This document shows, piece by piece, positions 1 through 7,896 of a stretch of 24,330 nt of DNA. The stretch comes from a virus. Its lineage: Duplodnaviria > Caudoviricetes. The notes under the pieces were generated by a model. That model saw nothing but the letters and a program-made list of their open reading frames with translations, was not told the DNA's origin and did no database searches. Every line of letters starts with the position of its first letter. Position 1 is the stretch's first letter. A program made the position numbers and the translations under genes. The stretch is taken from positions 1 through 24,330 of the IMG/VR virus record IMGVR_UViG_3300026196_000025; one strand, written 5' to 3'.

Positions 1-173
1 CGTGATGCTTTCTTTTATCTTTGTCCAATTAGCCGAAATGGTAATGATGTTCTGTAGTTACGCTCAAACCATAAGCAAAAAACTACGGTTCGACCTACTG
101 CCGCAACAAGGTACGATGACACCATGTCGCGCCCTTTCGGTTCTGGGACAACAAGTTTCGAAAAAAGGAAATC

Positions 174-250
174 GGAACCACCGGAACGATTGCATAAATA
201 GCCTTGCAAGTGGCTGTTTTTACTGTGGTTTATTGGTGCGTGGTGGTTCC
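174..250. repeat. Inverted repeat GGAACCACC (174-182) / GGTGGTTCC (242-250) enclosing an inner hairpin AAATAGCC-TTGCAAGT-GGCTGTTT
   Basis: Read directly; perfect 9-bp arms in the non-coding region upstream of the recombinase; function unknown. Confidence 0.5.
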
Positions 251-262
251 ACCGTGTTTGCA

Positions 263-274
263 GGGGGTACCCCC
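263..274. repeat. 12-bp palindrome GGGGGTACCCCC followed by C-rich tracts
   Basis: Read directly; further C-runs at about 298-308. Confidence 0.55.
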
Positions 275-369
275 CCATCAAAAGCTCAGGAGCAAGACCC
301 CCACCCCCTACACTATGTGGCGCTAAATTTTCGGGCTGATATCACGTTTCGGTTTTGGGGCTTCGCCGT

Positions 370-1311
370 ATGATGGATGGTATCTGGACACCCCATCTTG
401 CGAAAGCATTCTCCGAGTATCATGTGATCACCAAAGGCTGCAGCACTACGGCGGCAGAGAAATATTGCCGCATTGCCGGTTTGTTTTTCGGTTGGGTGTA
501 CAGTCATTCGCTGCCATTGACGCGCGACACAGTTGAAGAGTGGATGAAACATCTGGCGATCAACTGTGGCAACCACTCCAATGCTACCCGCGCCAGTCGG
601 CTTTCGTCGCTGCGCTCGGTCTGCAACTGGATGGTGGATAAAGGTCACCTCAAGGCCAACCCATGCGACGGTGTTCCCACTCCTAAGTTCAGCAGAAAAT
701 CCGCACAGAAGTTCAGCCCATCAGAATTGATCGCACTCTTCTCGGATATCGAACATCCGACCGACACCGAATTCCGCGATCGCTGCATTGTGCTGTTGTT
801 CTATGCCACCGGCCTTCGTCGAAACGAAATGGCGAACCTCACTCTGGACCGTGTAGCCCTTGGCGCCCGCACCGGCCGCATCCATGTGATCGGCAAGGGC
901 TCGAAGCACCGCGTTGTTCCATTTGAGGGGCCGATTGTCCCTGCGCTCAAGACCTGGCTAATCATCCGGCAGAAATATGCAGACCCAGCTTCAACCAGCC
1001 TGTTCGTCGCCCTGCATGGAAATCAGAACAGACAATCCGGACACGGTCTCGGCAATGGTGGGCTTCACTCCGTAATCAAACGCGTTGCCCGCCGTGTAGG
1101 TCTGTCCGATCAGAATGTTTTTCTACACAAGCTGCGCAGCACCTACGCCACCGATCTGTACGACGCCGATATCCCTGTCGGCGAGATTCGCATCTTAATG
1201 GGCCACGCCAAAGAGGAGACAACATGGGGTTACATCGCCATCTCGGAGAGACATCTCCAAAAAGCCCGCATTCCATCATCCCGCTGGAAGCAGCTGGGGG
1301 TCACATCATGA
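370..1311 (+). CDS. Tyrosine recombinase/integrase, XerC/XerD-like
   Basis: Complete catalytic set: R (TGLRRNE), K (GKGSK), HxxR (HKLR), H (LMGH), Y (TWGY); N-terminal core-binding region (SNATRASRLSSLRS). ATG 370 or 373 preferred over TTG 355. Confidence 0.95.
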   Translation: MMDGIWTPHLAKAFSEYHVITKGCSTTAAEKYCRIAGLFFGWVYSHSLPLTRDTVEEWMKHLAINCGNHSNATRASRLSSLRSVCNWMVDKGHLKANPCDGVPTPKFSRKSAQKFSPSELIALFSDIEHPTDTEFRDRCIVLLFYATGLRRNEMANLTLDRVALGARTGRIHVIGKGSKHRVVPFEGPIVPALKTWLIIRQKYADPASTSLFVALHGNQNRQSGHGLGNGGLHSVIKRVARRVGLSDQNVFLHKLRSTYATDLYDADIPVGEIRILMGHAKEETTWGYIAISERHLQKARIPSSRWKQLGVTS

Positions 1312-1628
1312 GCTTTACCCTTGAGGAGATGACCGCCCTGCTGGCTACCGCATCGGAAGATAGCGAGCTGGCACAACTGGGCCGCCGATACGGTGTTGAG
1401 GTGCTGAGTGATATCCTCAACACACTGGGTGGCACCCGTGGCTGCGAGATGTACGTTCCATCTGCCAACAACTTCTTTCGCAAACTAGCCCGCGACGCCC
1501 GCGACAAAGAGATATGCAATCGTCACACCGGCACCAACACCAGTCAGCTTGCCATGGAGTACGATCTCAATCCAAGCCGCATCCGCCAGATCGTTGCCTC
1601 GCAGAAAGTCGCTCGGGAGGTGTGTTGA
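1308..1628 (+). CDS. Mor/C family transcriptional activator
   Basis: GG..EMYVP..ARDKEI..GTNTSQLAMEYDLNPSRIRQIV matches the Mu Mor/C dimerisation + HTH pattern; ATGA overlap with the recombinase stop. Confidence 0.85.
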   Translation: MSFTLEEMTALLATASEDSELAQLGRRYGVEVLSDILNTLGGTRGCEMYVPSANNFFRKLARDARDKEICNRHTGTNTSQLAMEYDLNPSRIRQIVASQKVAREVC

Positions 1629-2344
1629 TGCCCCGCAAAAAAGGATCGCCACTCTCCGAGGCCGAACTCGCACAGCGAAAGAGTGCCGCGAAAGAGGCCA
1701 ACAAAAACAAGACCGGCCCCGTCACCCAGAAGGGCAAACAGAAGAGCGCCATGAACGCATGGAAACATGGGCACACCGCCACCTCCGTCCGCTCATCGAT
1801 GGTCGGCAAGCCGTGCAAGTCCACGTGCCCGAAGTTTGAGTCATGTGTTTTCGTGCTGGCAGAAAAGACCGGCCCCGGTGGCAAGTGCCTCGATGTAGGT
1901 GATTGGAATACCGTTGAAGAATCCACCGAAGCGATCATTGCTGCCCAGAATGGCGACATGGTCCCGCTTCAGGGTTTGGCCGCCACCCTCATGGGCATGA
2001 ACATCTCCATCATTCAGCAGATGTTTGCTGATGTGCAGGCACGCGGCACATGGATCAGTGAAGACATTCTCAACGCCGAAGGTAAACGCGTCGGCATCAA
2101 AGAGCGCGAGAACCCGCAGATCCACACCATGATCAAAATCATGGAGAAGCTCGGCATCAATCTGCAGGAGTTTCTCGCTACGCCACAATCTCAGGCGAAG
2201 GTGGTGCAAAAGGATGATGAACTACAGACCGGTGCCGAACTGACCCGTCAGCTCTCCCGTCTCATTCCGAAGGAGATGCAAGTCCCCGCCTTCGATGAGT
2301 CCGAGATCACCGATGCCGAGGTGGTGCAAAATGACGAATCCTGA
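1628..2344 (+). CDS. Probable terminase small subunit (basic N-terminus, Cys cluster)
   Basis: TGPVTQKGKQKSAMNAWKHG resembles the TGPxTxxGKxxSxxNAxKHG motif of terS-like phage proteins; C-terminal KERENPQI...LATPQSQ resembles terS ends; TGATG coupling to mor; upstream of terL. Confidence 0.6.
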   Translation: MPRKKGSPLSEAELAQRKSAAKEANKNKTGPVTQKGKQKSAMNAWKHGHTATSVRSSMVGKPCKSTCPKFESCVFVLAEKTGPGGKCLDVGDWNTVEESTEAIIAAQNGDMVPLQGLAATLMGMNISIIQQMFADVQARGTWISEDILNAEGKRVGIKERENPQIHTMIKIMEKLGINLQEFLATPQSQAKVVQKDDELQTGAELTRQLSRLIPKEMQVPAFDESEITDAEVVQNDES

Positions 2345-3221
2345 GTTTTCTACACACCAACTGCAGGTGTTGATCGCAGAGCGGTACGGTGCTGATAGCG
2401 GAAAAACGAATAAGTTCGCGGTCTTTTTTGAGCTTCGCAACGGAACAGGGTTTCCCAATCAGACCAGATCACTTGATGCTTTTGTGTTGAATCTTTACCC
2501 AAGCGAAAGGCATGCAAGATATGCATTTGAGATCAAGGTATCACGCTCTGACTTTCTGCGTGAACTGAACCAACCTCATAAGCGAATGTGGGGGATGGAA
2601 GTCAGTAATGAGTTTTGGTTCGTTTGCTCTCCTGGCATTGCGAAAACTGATGAGATTCCAGAGGGATGTGGGCTACTGGTGCCAACCAAAACCGGAAAGC
2701 TCCGAGCCTTAAAACGAGCGCAGTGGAGAGATTCTCGTGATTTCACAATGACTGAAATTGCAGCAATAGCACGGCAGTCAAAGCGCGATGTCTACACCGA
2801 TCTAATTTGGCGATATGCCGATAGAAAAATGACACGTGATGAACTCGGAGAGCTGATTGCTGTGACGTTTGAAGACGAAATACATCGCAGGATAGAAGAT
2901 AAATCTAAAGCCATCGCAGAGAAGCGAATAAGTGATGAATTGATGGCTATAAGATCGGCTTTGGCTGCTTACTCTTCTGCAATGTTAGAGGCTGGGGTGT
3001 CGCCTCCAGAGTGGATGTCAAACCCAGACAGGCTGATGCGTGAGTGTTTGCATTTTGGAGGTGGTGATCCTCAATACAGAAACTGGACGGCCGCTAGCTG
3101 GGTTGCGGAAAACGTCAAGACAATTGAGAGGTCGATGGCAGAGAAGATGGTTAAAATGGCAAGGGTTCATTCCAGCGATGTTATGTCACTGGCTGACCGT
3201 TTGGAGAAGGCACTCAAATGA
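2331..3221 (+). CDS. MmcB-like PD-(D/E)XK endonuclease
   Basis: FFEL...RSLDAF...AFEIKVSRSDFLREL...EFWFV...EIPEGCGL is the D...ExK pattern typical of MmcB-like proteins; visibly more AT-rich than neighbours. Confidence 0.75.
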   Translation: MTNPEFSTHQLQVLIAERYGADSGKTNKFAVFFELRNGTGFPNQTRSLDAFVLNLYPSERHARYAFEIKVSRSDFLRELNQPHKRMWGMEVSNEFWFVCSPGIAKTDEIPEGCGLLVPTKTGKLRALKRAQWRDSRDFTMTEIAAIARQSKRDVYTDLIWRYADRKMTRDELGELIAVTFEDEIHRRIEDKSKAIAEKRISDELMAIRSALAAYSSAMLEAGVSPPEWMSNPDRLMRECLHFGGGDPQYRNWTAASWVAENVKTIERSMAEKMVKMARVHSSDVMSLADRLEKALK

Positions 3222-3466
3222 TCCGCGATGGAGAGGTGCTGGATCACAACGATATCCGCATTGTCGTGCGGGGGCATTTCACAGAAGCGGAGATGCAGCG
3301 TCTCACCGGGCGCGTTGGTTTCTGCAAGCGCACCTGGTGGAGGCATGCATACACCCCGCGCCGCCAGCGTCAGCTGATCGCCGTCAAGCGAGGCCGCTTT
3401 GTCGAAGCCCGTGCACCCGGTCGCGGTGCCTTCGCTGTCACAGTTTTGGTTATCAGGAGAGAATAA
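3218..3466 (+). CDS. Small Arg-rich hypothetical protein
   Basis: ATGA overlap with upstream stop; TAA lies 1 nt before the next ATG; fills the gap exactly. Confidence 0.6.
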   Translation: MIRDGEVLDHNDIRIVVRGHFTEAEMQRLTGRVGFCKRTWWRHAYTPRRQRQLIAVKRGRFVEARAPGRGAFAVTVLVIRRE

Positions 3467-3467
3467 G

Positions 3468-4820
3468 ATGAAAATTGAAGATGTAGAGATCAGCAGGCTT
3501 AACCCCGCGCCATACAACCCGCGCAGCATCAGCGATGAGATGCTGGAGAAGCTATCGCTCGGTCTTGATGAGTTCGGATTTGTGCAGCCGGTGGTGGCCA
3601 ACCGTCGCAACGGCAATGTGGTGGGCGGGCATCAGCGTATCAAGGCTGCCGAGAAGCGTGGCGACAGCACCGTGCCGGTCTACTGGGTTGATCTGGACGA
3701 TGGCAAGGAGAAGGCGCTCAATCTCGCCCTGAACAAAATCTCCGGAGAGTGGGACGATGAACTGCTCAAGCGCCTGCTGTCGGAGATGGACGATGTTGAT
3801 CTTCTGCTATCCGGTTTCGATGAGACTGAGCTCGCAGAGATGATGGCCGAGTTCGAGGCCGACAACGCCACCTACTACACCGATGAGGATGATGTCCCGC
3901 CGGTCGAGCCCGAATGCGTCAGTCGCCCTGGCGACATCTGGATTCTCGGCAACCACCGCATCATGTGCGGTGATTCAACCAACCTTGAACAGATGGAGCA
4001 GCTTCTCGATGGCACGCCTGTCGATATGGTGTTTGTCGACCCTCCCTATAATGTCGATTATGAAGGCAGCGCCGGCAAGATCAAAAACGACAGCATGGCC
4101 GATGCCGATTTCCGCCAGCTGCTCTTGGATATGTTCACCACCGCCCACACCTTCATGAAGGAAGGCGCTCCGATCTATGTGGCGCATGCCGATGGCGGAG
4201 AGATCGGCCTTTCATTCCGCAACAGCTTTCTATCTGCCGGATTCAAGCTTGCCGCATGCCTCATTTGGAGAAAAAACCAGTTCACCCTCTCCCGGTCTGA
4301 CTATCAGTGGATCCACGAGCCGATCCTCTACGGCTGGAAACAGGGTGCGGCTCATAGTTGGTATGGTGGCCGCGCTCAGACATCGATCGTCGATCTCGGC
4401 GGCGGCCGCTTCTGCCAGACCGGAGAGAACGAATGGAGCATCCAGAGCGGTGATGAGATTCTGAGGGTCACCGGCGACAACCTAATGGTCGAGATATCGG
4501 CTTCGACCATTACCAGTGTCGACAAACCGAAACGCAGCGAACTCCACCCGACAATGAAGCCGGTCGAGCTGGTGGAGAGGTTTATCGAGAATAGTTCGCG
4601 GCCGGCTCAGAAGGTGCTCGATTTCTGTGGTGGTTCAGGAAGCACTCTGATCAGTTGTGAAAAATCAGGCCGCCATGCGCGGCTGATGGAGTTGGATGAG
4701 AAGTTCGCCGATGTAATCGTCAGGCGGTGGCAGCAGTTCACCCGCTGTCAGGCAAGGCACATCGATGGGCGTCTGTTCGATGATGTTCCATCCTGCATGC
4801 GCGAGGCTGAGACGACGTGA
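3468..4820 (+). CDS. ParB N-terminal domain + N4-C/N6-A DNA methyltransferase (beta-class motif order)
   Basis: ParB-like LNPAPYNPR...FGFVQPVV...GGHQR; catalytic DPPY; HPTMKP; SAM-binding DFCGGSGST; AGGAG RBS. Confidence 0.93.
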   Translation: MKIEDVEISRLNPAPYNPRSISDEMLEKLSLGLDEFGFVQPVVANRRNGNVVGGHQRIKAAEKRGDSTVPVYWVDLDDGKEKALNLALNKISGEWDDELLKRLLSEMDDVDLLLSGFDETELAEMMAEFEADNATYYTDEDDVPPVEPECVSRPGDIWILGNHRIMCGDSTNLEQMEQLLDGTPVDMVFVDPPYNVDYEGSAGKIKNDSMADADFRQLLLDMFTTAHTFMKEGAPIYVAHADGGEIGLSFRNSFLSAGFKLAACLIWRKNQFTLSRSDYQWIHEPILYGWKQGAAHSWYGGRAQTSIVDLGGGRFCQTGENEWSIQSGDEILRVTGDNLMVEISASTITSVDKPKRSELHPTMKPVELVERFIENSSRPAQKVLDFCGGSGSTLISCEKSGRHARLMELDEKFADVIVRRWQQFTRCQARHIDGRLFDDVPSCMREAETT

Positions 4821-5168
4821 TCAGCCGAGCGTGTTTTTCGCCAGTTTCAACAGGTAGTTTCGAGCCGCCTTGTGGATGGTCCCGTCTGGAAAGATCAGCC
4901 CATGCTGCCGAAGTTGGGATATCAGTGTGAGCGCCCGTTGTGGCTGGTACATGGTGGCGCCAGCAATTGCATTGGTGACCTTCTCAGGCATCCGCGCCGG
5001 CCATAGGGATTCGAGCGATTCCGCTTCATCCGGTATCGCCATCATTCCCTTCACCAGTCTCCAGCTTGCACACACTTTGGCCGTGCTGGGGTTATCCAGA
5101 AGAATAACCGACAGCATGGCGTCTGTATTGTTACGAGCCTCGTCCAGTATATCCGACGAGGCACGCAC
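4821..5168 (-). CDS. Hypothetical protein, third gene after the TA pair
   Basis: 115 aa; GTG directly follows the antitoxin TAG; its stop abuts the MTase stop (TGA|TCA); protein-like composition. Confidence 0.6.
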   Translation of the reverse strand: MRASSDILDEARNNTDAMLSVILLDNPSTAKVCASWRLVKGMMAIPDEAESLESLWPARMPEKVTNAIAGATMYQPQRALTLISQLRQHGLIFPDGTIHKAARNYLLKLAKNTLG

Positions 5169-5468
5169 CTATGCGAGCCTGATCTCCAGTTTTTTCCCAA
5201 GTGCTACTGCAGCACGAACCAGCGTATCAATTGTTGTGCCTGTTTCATCTGCACTAAGCACACGATCCAGTTGTGATCGGGTGGTGTGCATCTTTTTTGC
5301 CATGGCAGTTTTGTTTACATGCTCCTTTTTCATGGCGTCAGCCATCTCCATCGCAAACACTCTTTTTACAGCTACAGCAGTGCATTCTTCGAGAATGCCT
5401 TCTTCTTCGAGAAAGTCATCGAAACGACTTCCACGATATTGGTTTTCTTTCCTTGCCTCGATTTTCAT
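5169..5468 (-). CDS. higA: XRE-family HTH antitoxin (HigA-like)
   Basis: GSRFDDFLEEEGILEE...KTAMAKKMHTTRSQLDRVL...TIDTLVRAAVALGKKL; GAGGAG RBS before ATG 5468; downstream of the toxin. Confidence 0.88.
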   Translation of the reverse strand: MKIEARKENQYRGSRFDDFLEEEGILEECTAVAVKRVFAMEMADAMKKEHVNKTAMAKKMHTTRSQLDRVLSADETGTTIDTLVRAAVALGKKLEIRLA

Positions 5469-5514
5469 GTGGTCTCCTCTGTTGGGCCTCTCAAGCCACA
5501 GACCTATCGGTCTT

Positions 5515-5865
5515 TTATCCTCTCCTCCATTTGTTGCGTCGATCCTTTGCTTGCTCCAAATCTCCCGCCGCCGTTTTCTGGCTCTTTTTAATGATGCCAT
5601 GCAACAACACCATTTCACGGTCAATGACAGTGAAAAACACGCGAGCGATGCGTCCATCAGAAACCTTGGAACGCACTTCCCACAGTCCGGTCTCCATCTT
5701 GCGAACAAGAGGCATGCCAAGCGGCCATCTGAACTGCACGGTCTGAACATCTTCGCCAATCGACTTGCGATCAGCAGCAGCCATCTCACGCAACCATTCA
5801 CGAACCGGCTCGTTGCCGGATTCGGTGCGGAAGAAGACTACATCAAGGATCATCTCGTCGTTCAT
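5515..5865 (-). CDS. higB: Type II toxin, RelE/ParE superfamily (HigB/gp49-like)
   Basis: FFRTESGNEPVREWL...WPLGMPLVRK..GLWEVRS..ARVFF..MVLLHGIIKKSQKT; toxin-first order. Confidence 0.92.
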   Translation of the reverse strand: MNDEMILDVVFFRTESGNEPVREWLREMAAADRKSIGEDVQTVQFRWPLGMPLVRKMETGLWEVRSKVSDGRIARVFFTVIDREMVLLHGIIKKSQKTAAGDLEQAKDRRNKWRRG

Positions 5866-5871
5866 GGGGAG

Positions 5872-5899
5872 AGTGTACCACATAAGGTACACAACGCAA
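5872..5899 (-). promoter_or_regulatory. Sigma70-type promoter of the TA operon with overlapping palindromic operator GTGTACC-N6-GGTACAC (5873-5892)
   Basis: Minus strand reads TTGCGT-16 nt-TACACT with an extended -10 TG; -10 ends 6 nt before the toxin ATG with no SD (leaderless). Confidence 0.7.
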
Positions 5900-5920
5900 G
5901 TAATATTATCAGGAGAAAAT

Positions 5921-7837
5921 ATGCCGCCGCGTAAATCAACCCAGCTGGTCAACTATACCGATCTGATGCAGCGAAGCATTGAGTCCACCCTTAGCCGCCA
6001 GCGCGCCTTTGTGAATGCATTCGGTGAGGTGGTGGATGCGCCTGAAGGGCTGCATCTCGAAGGTCTGTTGCGAGGCGACTACTACGGCACCGATGGCAAG
6101 CAGCTCAACATTGAACACTACGCATGGATGCTCACCAATGCCCGCCCTCACCTCTGGGCCAACCTCAATCTGATTGAGCCGGACACCATGCAGCCGTATG
6201 AGTTCTGGGGCTACCAGCTGGCCTCGGTCAACTATCGGCAGGGCGACTATCAGCACAAGGATGGTGCCGAGGTCGGCAAGACCCGCGAAATCATCACCAA
6301 GCTGCTCTGGAGCTCATCCACCCTGCACAATCTGGAGTTGCTCGATGTGCATGGCCAACCGATGCGCCGTGTGGAGTCGATCGTTGGTGCGCCACTGCAG
6401 GGACACCTGACCGACATCATCGACGCCATCTGCGAGCAATTTGAGCTGAATCCGCATCTGCAAAGAATGTGCAAGAAGGGGTGGCACCAGAAAGCACCCT
6501 ACCACAAGATGACATTCACCCATGGAGACGGGCGCGGCATTCTCCACTTCCGACCAGGTGGCATTGCCGGCGCATCCTTTCGTGGTATCCATGTCAACGC
6601 ACTCGGGCTACTTGAAGAGGCAGCCCTGCTGAAAGCATCCAAACACTGGAGCGAGTTTCGCCGCGCCCTGAAACCGACCGCCACATGGGGCACCTACTCT
6701 GTGCCGGATGGTGACAGGGACTGTGAATTTTACCGACGCAATAACGATTCCATGCCATGGGAAGAGTTCCGCAAGCGCTACCCGCATGGATTCACCGGCA
6801 AAGGTAAACCACCACGCGTGCTGTTCAACTGGGCGAAGACATTGATGCCGGAGCCGTTCTGGTCGGATGAGCGCCGTCGCGAGTTCATCAAGGATTTCGG
6901 CGGCGAGGATTCTCCCGGCTATCAGCAGAATGTACTGGGGCGAGATGGCGATCGCGCCAACTGCGTATTCCCCTATGTCACGCTGGTTTCATGCCTGGTC
7001 AACATTGTCGAGTATCGCCGCCTCAAGGTGGTCGCCAACCGCAGTGAGCGCGAGATATCGGTGGAGCTGTGTGACTTTGAACAGATCGAGGGTGGCGATG
7101 GCCGTGAGCGGATCATCTTTGAGCGCACCGAGCCAGTGCCTGATTGGGATGGCCACGAGGCATGGCGCGACATTGCCGAGCGGATCATCTTCGAGGCCTT
7201 CGGCCATATTCGGGATGGCGATCACTGGGCCGGCGCCGATCTGGGTGAATCACAGGATCCGACAGAGCTCATGGTCGGCGAGCAGCGCGGCGGCATCATG
7301 CGACGCCATACACGCATCCACATGAAAGGTGTCGACTATCACATGCAAGCCGAATTTCTCACCGCTCTCGATCACCTGATCGATCCGCATGCCGAGCGAC
7401 CATGCTGGGGTATCGATGGCGGCAATGCCGGCCGCACGGTCATCGGCATGCTGCACAAGGAGGAGCGCTACCGTGATCGTGATTTCGAGAATCGAATCAT
7501 GCCGATCCAGTTTGGCTCCGCCTTTGATGCTGTGGATCTCGATGGTGAGCAGATTCTCGATCGTAAATCCAACAAGCCTCTTCGCTGCAACGGCAAGGAG
7601 CTCGGCTCCGATCTACTGCTGCAATCCATGCAGCGCCGCCTCGGCCAGTACCCGCTCGATCCGGAGCTGGTGAACATCTACACATCGCAGGTCTATCGGC
7701 AGGGGCCACGCTGGAAGAGCTACCCGAACAAAAACGACCACCCCGTGGATGCCGATCGCGCCATGATGATCAATCGCATCCTCTCCGACTCCATCGGCGG
7801 CAACGATGCCTTTGCGTGTGGAAGCCAAAGGCGGTAA
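5921..7837 (+). CDS. terL: Terminase large subunit
   Basis: Q motif (FWGYQ), Walker A-like DGAEVGKT, Walker B-like LLEEAA, nuclease acidic motifs GADLG, GIDGG, NDHPVDA; AGGAG RBS at 5911; precedes portal. Confidence 0.88.
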   Translation: MPPRKSTQLVNYTDLMQRSIESTLSRQRAFVNAFGEVVDAPEGLHLEGLLRGDYYGTDGKQLNIEHYAWMLTNARPHLWANLNLIEPDTMQPYEFWGYQLASVNYRQGDYQHKDGAEVGKTREIITKLLWSSSTLHNLELLDVHGQPMRRVESIVGAPLQGHLTDIIDAICEQFELNPHLQRMCKKGWHQKAPYHKMTFTHGDGRGILHFRPGGIAGASFRGIHVNALGLLEEAALLKASKHWSEFRRALKPTATWGTYSVPDGDRDCEFYRRNNDSMPWEEFRKRYPHGFTGKGKPPRVLFNWAKTLMPEPFWSDERRREFIKDFGGEDSPGYQQNVLGRDGDRANCVFPYVTLVSCLVNIVEYRRLKVVANRSEREISVELCDFEQIEGGDGRERIIFERTEPVPDWDGHEAWRDIAERIIFEAFGHIRDGDHWAGADLGESQDPTELMVGEQRGGIMRRHTRIHMKGVDYHMQAEFLTALDHLIDPHAERPCWGIDGGNAGRTVIGMLHKEERYRDRDFENRIMPIQFGSAFDAVDLDGEQILDRKSNKPLRCNGKELGSDLLLQSMQRRLGQYPLDPELVNIYTSQVYRQGPRWKSYPNKNDHPVDADRAMMINRILSDSIGGNDAFACGSQRR

Positions 7838-7848
7838 CGTCACCACAT

Positions 7849-7896
7849 AGCCACCGGCCGGACAAATACTACGCTGATGTAGTCCGTCCGGTGGCT
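7849..7896. repeat. Long GC-rich stem-loop between terL and portal
   Basis: AGCCACCGGCCGGAC (7849-7863) pairs with GTCCGTCCGGTGGCT (7882-7896) at 14/15; inner ACTAC/GTAGT; no clear U-tract. Confidence 0.65.

Noticed and set aside
186-214. dif-like site (GATTGCATAA-ATAGCC-...)
   Set aside because: Only the left arm resembles a XerC arm; the right arm does not match TTATGTTAAAT
234-255. TGGTGCG resembling the reverse complement of a tRNA 3' end (possible att core)
   Set aside because: No adjacent T-loop (GTTCGA) complement or cloverleaf; too short
2-373. ORFs 2..373 (+) and 15..281 (-)
   Set aside because: No motifs or RBS, atypical composition, and they overlap the repeat-rich non-coding region
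5469-5801. N-terminal extension of the antitoxin ORF (210-aa version)
   Set aside because: Overlaps the toxin out of frame; ATG 5468 has a strong SD
5765-5920. Upstream extension of the terL ORF
   Set aside because: Antisense to the toxin; ATG 5921 has an AGGAG RBS
4870-5934. 354-aa plus-strand ORF spanning the TA module
   Set aside because: Ser/Phe-rich antisense shadow of recognisable minus-strand genes; TTG start without RBS
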